Below the pieces are notes generated by a model. It worked only from the letters and a program-made list of their open reading frames with translations. It did not search any database and had not been told where the DNA came from. DNA of 63,782 nt, the filler included, from Choristocarpus tenellus KU-1152 (Eukaryota; Protista; Phaeophyceae): the NCBI GenBank assembly GCA_964200185.2. It is 10 parts of 10 records of this genome, joined end to end, with 100 filler letters (N's around TTAATTAATTAA, not from the genome) between each part and the next. Parts side by side here need not be neighbours in the genome. Positions count along the whole stretch, not along the records: positions 56,113 to 60,325 come from CAXNAD020015660.1; positions 60,426 to 63,782 come from CAXNAD020020568.1; 8 more parts are not named here. One strand, given 5' to 3'. The position numbers and the translations under genes were made by a program. Shown one piece after another: positions 57,296 to 63,782 of the stretch; the stretch's first letter is position 1; the number at the start of each line of letters is the position of its first letter.

Positions 57296-59005
57296 GTTGG
57301 TTGACATGCACCTCTTGTCAATTGTATTGTGAATTGGTTTTGGCTGGCAGTTGTCGATATCTCACTGACAAGGTGGTATAGTGATATTTTGATGCACCAT
57401 CGAATAGCACCCTTTGTGTTGTTTTTTTGCAACAACAGCAGTAAGCGCCTGAATTGGACAAGATTTGGAAAGAACCTTACCACTCTCAATTTTGATGTGT
57501 GTGTGTGTGCACGGGGGATCTCTCACAATGATGCTGTTACGTGCTTGGTATTGCTTGGTATGTTTTTGTGGCAATATCAAGAAGAAATAATTATTATTCT
57601 TGCGTTTCAATGGGGATAGATAGGGTTAGGTCTAGGATTTTTTTTCTTTTTTTCTCCTATTGAAGGCTGAAGACAGTGATAGTAGTCAAGATGGATGCGT
57701 TGCCAACCCTAGTGTAGAGTCAAATCTTGTTCTTGACCAACTCGAAAATCTTTTTCGGATTTTTTTTCACTATTTTTCCGGAATTTAAGTAAACATTAAA
57801 TTTTATCTTATTGAAAATGTAGGGAATATAGAACTTTATTCATATATATTTTTTTCACATGCACCTTAAACAAATAACACTGATGGTGTTTGGATCCAGT
57901 CGTGTTACATAAAGCACCGACTTTTTTCATGCTCATCCTTTCATTTTGGTTAACCACTATGTAGGCCCATTTAGTTATAATCTCTCCAATTTGGTTGTTC
58001 ATTGTTAATTTTATATGTATGTATGTATATTTAAATATATATCCACCTTGAAAATCGCCTTGCAACACCGAAACTATGTTTTTATTTTTCTCAAATCGGT
58101 CGTGGATGATCCCAACCGATGGTCAAATGCCCGTCCTGAAGTTTCCGCTTTGATCTTGGTTTCGGCGTTTTTGTGGTGTAGTACAGGCAGGATAGTATGA
58201 GTACAATCCCATTGTTCTTGCTATATAGAAAAGTATCTTCGAAACCAGATTTTCGTGAAAAAAAACATGGTATCGAAGGGGTTTGAACCCTCCAAATCCA
58301 CACAGTTTGTTGCCACCCCGACTGTTGATCCGAAAGCTTACCTAAACGGGGATGTGTTTTACCGATTTGGGGGAAGACTTGTGGGCGATGCTCCCTACTG
58401 GAATGGGGAAATAAAATACGGGCGTTAAGTTTACAAAACATGGCATAATTACCTCTTACTTTTTATGTGTTGTTCTAAATCACAACGATTCAATCTAGTC
58501 GATTCATATTATTCTTAAGGGTAACTGAGATCGAAAAAAATATTTGTGAGAGTTTATCTTATTGTGGAAAGGTGCGGTAGGGTATTGATTCACTCTAGAA
58601 TTTGATGTTGTGAATCGAAAAGCATTTATGAGTATTTCATATCATTTAGACTGAATTCTTTATGTACCCAATTGTAATCGAGGCGCGCGAGTCGCCGAGA
58701 GTTCAGCGAGGAGAGCGCGCATCACGCCCTGTCTCGAAAATGAACCAATCGAAAATTATCCTTCAATTTTTGGGTTGAATTGTAGTGATTAATCCCTACA
58801 AATTCACAACAAATTTGTAGTTAACTTCCCCTCAAGCGAGGTTTAGGCACGTTTGGATACTTTTTTTTCAGTTGGTACTTGTTCTCTAATGTAGCAAGTT
58901 ACTATCACCAAGTCTCCGTCTTGCTGTAAGAATACTCCTATATTCAGAAGTAACATAAATAATCATTATTTTCAAGTAAAAAAGTTTAGGTTGTAAACAT
59001 GAGAT

Positions 59006-59078
59006 GGGGGATTAGCTCAAATGGTAGAGCGCTTCCTTAGCATGGAAGAAGTAGTGGGATCGATACCCACATTCTCCA
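59006..59078 (+). tRNA. tRNA-Ala(AGC)
   Basis: 73-nt cloverleaf. Acceptor stem GGGGGAT/ATTCTCC with G3:U70, D-arm GCTC..GAGC, anticodon arm CTTCC-TTAGCAT-GGAAG, T-arm GTGGG-ATCGATA-CCCAC, followed by a T-run. Confidence 0.95.
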
Positions 59079-60018
59079 ATTTTCGTCGGAATGAATTTGG
59101 TGTAGAGGTGTATTACTGAATGGAAGTGGAGGGATCGATACTCATAATCTCCAATTTTTTTTCGAAGAGAATTTGAGATACAGGGACCGATTTCAAGTAT
59201 GCTCAAACGAGGATTTCGAAGCATTTTAAGTAGCACTAGTAGTACTTACAGTTGTACAGAAAACAGAAGCCAACCCAAATGAGGACTATGCTTCATTCTT
59301 TCGAGGCTGGTTCTAACCTATTATTACATCAACATGTTACATACTGTGCAGACATGACCTGAGCAATCACAGAGACCAGGCAGGAAACCAAACTCTCTGA
59401 TATATTTCTTTGTAATGTTGATGCAGGGTTGGGGGGGGCAGGGATAAGGGGGGTTGCTACAGAATAGGGGTGCAAAATTGTCAATTCTGAGCCCGACTGC
59501 AAAGAGATGTGTTACAATAAGCAACTTTGAGGAGGTATTAATAGAAGACAGTTCAATTTCGCTCCACTGTCTTTTAGACATTAGATTAATCCCTCTAACC
59601 CTCCTATGTCTATGTTTTCTAGAAGAGCAATGTTGGAAATATTAATTCAGGCGGTTGCCCCCCCCCAAAAAAAATAAATAATAAGGGATCCAGGTGGTCA
59701 ACCTCATCGAGTTGTTTAGAGTGGTGTCACTGCTTGTAGGTATGTGAGGGTAAAACTTGGCCATTGAAGTGAAGGGAACCCCATGCCCATGAGGGACTGT
59801 GACAGGTTGGTTATCGAAGGTGATAGGTTATTCTTATTCTTATGTTCTTTCCAAGTCAGTCAGATGCTTGACAGCAGTAGCATCGGAGATAGAGACAGGG
59901 TCATATCAATGACTTCTGTGTAGAATCCCTCCAAGGAGATGTCAGGAGTCTGCTCTGCTATACTGTGTGATTTTTATGGAGCCTCCCTTCCCTTCCTCTT
60001 CCCACCCTTCACTCACAG

Positions 60019-60310
60019 AGCCGGAATCAAGTCCTGGCGAATTTCTTTGTAAGGACCACAGAGTCTGTGGTATCAACCCCTTCAAAGGTGCATAGTGATG
60101 TGGAAGATTCACTAGTCTCTGCGAGTATGACCGGGGCAAGGGATGAGAGTGACAGTGGGGTCAATGGCACTGTGGATTGGATCGATTCTGCTGCTGGGGA
60201 CGGGCAAGAAGTGTATCGCTTTGTGGAGGGGTCCTTTCCTCCAACAGTGTGGTGTTCGATGCAGCTCACTGGCCGTGAGATTGGGATGGAGATGATCGTG
60301 CGCGTGACAG
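60019..60310 (+). CDS. Internal exon of an unknown protein (possibly the same gene as 57050-57295)
   Basis: Pyrimidine tract plus cacag|SRNQVLANFFVRTT...VYRFVEGSFPPTVWCSMQLTGREIGMEMIVRVT g|gtaaga. Confidence 0.6.
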
Positions 60311-63246
60311 GTAAGAGTGGATGGGNNNNNNNNNNNNNNNNNNNNNNNNNNNNNNNNNNNNNNNNNNNNTTAATTAATTAANNNNNNNNNNNNNNNNNNN
60401 NNNNNNNNNNNNNNNNNNNNNNNNNTTGTAAATGCACACAGTGCTGGAATGTCCCCCCCCTCACATTTGTTAGTTTGCATGCCATGGGAGAGTGGAGCTC
60501 TCCAAGGTGTCTAATCCCTCGACATCATAACCTGCAGTGCCGAGGTTTAATGACTGTTCACGGCTGTGGCTGTGTCTTCTCCTTGCCTCTGTTTGATATT
60601 TGTCCTTGAACAACCTCCGATTGAGGATCAAAAATGGATGTCAATCGCACATATATACAGGTATGGCGGGCACTGTGTAAGTTTCTTTCTTTTTTGGGAA
60701 GAGTCCGTTGACTCCCCAACCCTCTACCCCTTCCACACCTATTCCTTTTCCAGCCCAGAGGTTGGCACGGGAAATACTTAGTAGCATGCACTGGTGAAGT
60801 ATGTAACATACATGTTTACTTTTGATTGACCGAAGCCGCCTCGCACCATTCTTTTTTTTTTTCTTGATCTGCTCGTCTTGGGCTTTGTTTGGGGGTCCCC
60901 ACCCACGCCTGCGCATCTATAGCACACAGACGAAAAGTAAAACAGTCCTGCTCCATTCCTTAGTCATAATATTGCTATCCTCGACCGTTTTTAAGCGAAT
61001 AAACAAAAAAAATCTTCATGTAAACATAGTGTCCTACCTGGTCAGCGAAGGTGAAATGTCAAACTTGGTCGATTCTATGGCTGTCACTACTTCAACATGA
61101 CTGAGCCATCAGCTAGCCTGATGTAAGTAAGTTGAAAAAAGTGGCGTTGAGGAGGTGAAGGTAGGAGGGAATGGTATTATTATTATTATTTTGACTTTCA
61201 CAGATCATTGAGCTTTACTGTTGTACTACTGGAACAAGAGAAAAAGGTACTCCTCCTATATTATTATAATAAAGACTTCACTCCCCTTTGCAGATGTTTT
61301 TATTTCAGCATATATTTTTTGTGTTCACTTTAGTCTAGCTACTAAACCAACCTGTGGTCAGAACCACTACACAACGCACCGCACTACTTGTTGTCAAAAC
61401 TTCCACCTACTGTAACTGTAACTACCTGTTACACTTCGGACACTAGTACTGTCTCTGTTTGAGCCTTCAACCTTTGAGGGAGCATTGTAGTATAGCTAGT
61501 ATTCACATAGTAATGCATGCCATTCGTTTTCATTGAAGAAAACAGGGTACTGATAGTACTCGATTGGATGGCAACGGATGGGGAGAGAGGGAGGGGAGGA
61601 GGCACAGGGACACAATTCGCTGTAGCCAGCTTGCCACCAACAGCACACGTTTCCAAAACAGATACCTTCGATAACACCCCCCAATCTATGAAAAAATAGT
61701 AGGGGGTTCTTGTGTGTTGGACTCAGTGATCTCATCCCTTGTTGCGCCCCTTAATCCCTCGAATCTTGTGCTGGACCTGCCTCGGCGTTGCCACCCCAAT
61801 CTTGATCCTTCGTTTTTGTGGTCTACCACCAGACAGGATATTACATAGTTGCCATGTGGAATTGTTGTAATCGAAACCAGATTTCCGTGAAAAGTAGCTT
61901 GGCGTGGATGGGGTTCGAACCCCCGAACGTCTCGTGACTTCGAAAAGGACAACGTAACATTGGTGGTAGATGTTTCATCACCGATTTCTAGGTAACTTCA
62001 CAAGAAATTTGCCAACATCATCATTGGCGAGAAAGCTTGCAAAAATTGTGATGTCGTGTACTTGAAATAGGAAATTGTTAACAAAGAATTGACCTGTTTT
62101 CACTATCAGTCACCTTTACTTCAATTGATACAAACAAACAGTGAAGGGGTGGGTGTCCCAACCCACATTGGGCTTCCATAAGAGGGGCTTGTCGAACATA
62201 TTGAAAGTTTTTTTTTTGCAAGGATCGAATCGACTTGACTCTGTCGAGTATAGCAACCTCGACATTAGGACTGAGATTTGGAGGTGTCAACCAACACCAA
62301 ATCGGTGCCTAGTCCTTATCAGAAAGCATCGATATCGTGAACAATTGGTTGGGGAAATAATCCACTACCAGATATTAAGCTCCCAGTGACCTAAGGGCAC
62401 GGTCGGCTTGCTCCTCTCCAAAGTTGAGGATTCAGATCACAAAGATAAACAAACCAACGCTATATCATGCGAGCGTTCACGTGGACTCCGATCGTGGGCG
62501 CGGTTGGTTTTCTGTCAGGTGGATCTTGTACCTCTGGATCCAATACAGCCGCGATATCGGGCTTGCATGGTCCATTTATAGGTACCACAGGTGAGAAATG
62601 TTGCGGGTGGACTATTTCTATGTGTATCGTCGAAGTCTAGTGTATTGTATGCTTTCCTGACCTCATCACTTCGAGCCCCAGTCGCCGTACGCGCAGACGC
62701 AAGTAATGAACTTGAATTCAGTAAACGTATGTGGCATGCCGAGTTTCTATCACTGAAAGTTGAGGGAGTCCCTCCAGGAGAGGACCCCATCCTCGCCCTC
62801 TTTCTCCCACTGCAGAACTTGAATTCTCGTCTGTGAAGCTGGTGTTGGAAATTGTGGCCATAGGGCAGGCTCTTTTCTACCTAACTACAACTTAACTCCA
62901 TGAGGAGAGATAAAATATATTAAATTGTCGCGTGGGTGGGACATGAAGGGGTTAAGGGTTGCACTGGCCTTGCATCGAACCCTCAAACATCCAAAGTACG
63001 CGAAGATAGAGAAAAACCTCCCTAAGAAAGGAGTTCTATCGAAAGGATCGAGTATAGACTATCTGTATTGTTGATGCTGCTACTCTCACACGCTGGACTA
63101 CACTTGGAAATATCATCTTCGTAATAGAAACTTTGAATGGATCAACACGCCGATCGATTCACACATTTCCCCAACACCCCCCAACGTCACCCACACCTCC
63201 AAGCTCCCACCCGTCGCAAATCCCGACCAAACCGCAGTGATCACAG

Positions 63247-63584
63247 GTACCCCGTCACTGCACTCCCCCCTCCTCCCCACTTCATCTTTCACGGCGACCC
63301 TAGCAAGGATTCGCGGGGGATGGCTCGGAGTAGACCTCGTGCGAGAAATTGCCAAGGCCTATCTGGACTCTGACAGCGCCACTCGTGGAGCTCCAAGCAA
63401 CGCGGAGGCTGGCCCTGGGGCCACTAGTACAGGGGTGAGTGGGACAGGGGGGCAGGAAGGGGTCGTTGGGGCGGAGGATGAGGTTAGCGGTAATGCCAGG
63501 GGGAGGGGGAAGGGAAGGAGCACAGGACGACAGGCAAGGGGATCATCTTCACCTGGCTGTGGTCCTTTTGGAGTCCCACCAAAA
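63247..63584 (+). CDS. Probable exon of an unknown protein
   Basis: cacag|...LLPTSSFTATLARIRGGWLGVDLVREIAKAYLDSD...GVPPK|gtacga. Confidence 0.45.
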
Positions 63585-63782
63585 GTACGATGTGGGAAGT
63601 GTGTGGGAGGGGATAAGTGGGGATACCTTTTTCCGTAGGCAGGAATCTGCCTCTGCACTTAACTGTTTTCAAAACTTTGTCTTACGGTGTTTAGTGGATA
63701 TTACAGACAAAAAAGAACTAAGGCGCTAGTGTTTTTTCTCTGTGGGGGGGGGGGGGAAACTGCTTTGCCCTCTCTGCTTTTG

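Noticed and set aside
58680-58745. GC-rich island, possible snoRNA
   Set aside because: The C/D boxes are imperfect and too close together, and there is no convincing stem.
60558-62840. Possible minus-strand multi-exon gene
   Set aside because: Individual exon-like pieces exist, but a phase-consistent, stop-free model could not be built.

Overview
This is eukaryotic, intron-rich, repeat-rich DNA. A stramenopile, probably a brown alga, is inferred from the hemC sequence style, the long introns and the interstitial CCCTAA repeats. The window is not one contiguous locus: about 10 contigs are concatenated with an artificial 44N-TTAATTAATTAA-44N spacer, so adjacency across spacers has no meaning. 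Host genes supported by spliced exons are the 3' part of porphobilinogen deaminase (hemC, with a GC-AG intron), a full-span DPH7-like WD40 gene with an apparent frameshift in a GT microsatellite, three exons of a KNTC1/Rod-like protein, the last exon of a Myb/SANT protein, a tRNA-Ala(AGC), a small Cys/His-rich gene head-to-head with DPH7, and several orphan exons. The most notable structure is a DNA-transposon system. It has decayed, intron-containing Sola2-like transposase copies with two C-terminal Tudor-like modules and a foldback right end. Two MITE families plus that foldback share the terminal core CAAAGTATC and a subterminal GTCCRTTT box, and the MITE insertions show 4-bp TSDs. Remnants of DD39D-like mariner and Ty1/copia elements, plus mini- and microsatellites, fill much of the rest. 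All family assignments come from motif recognition by eye, not from database searches.
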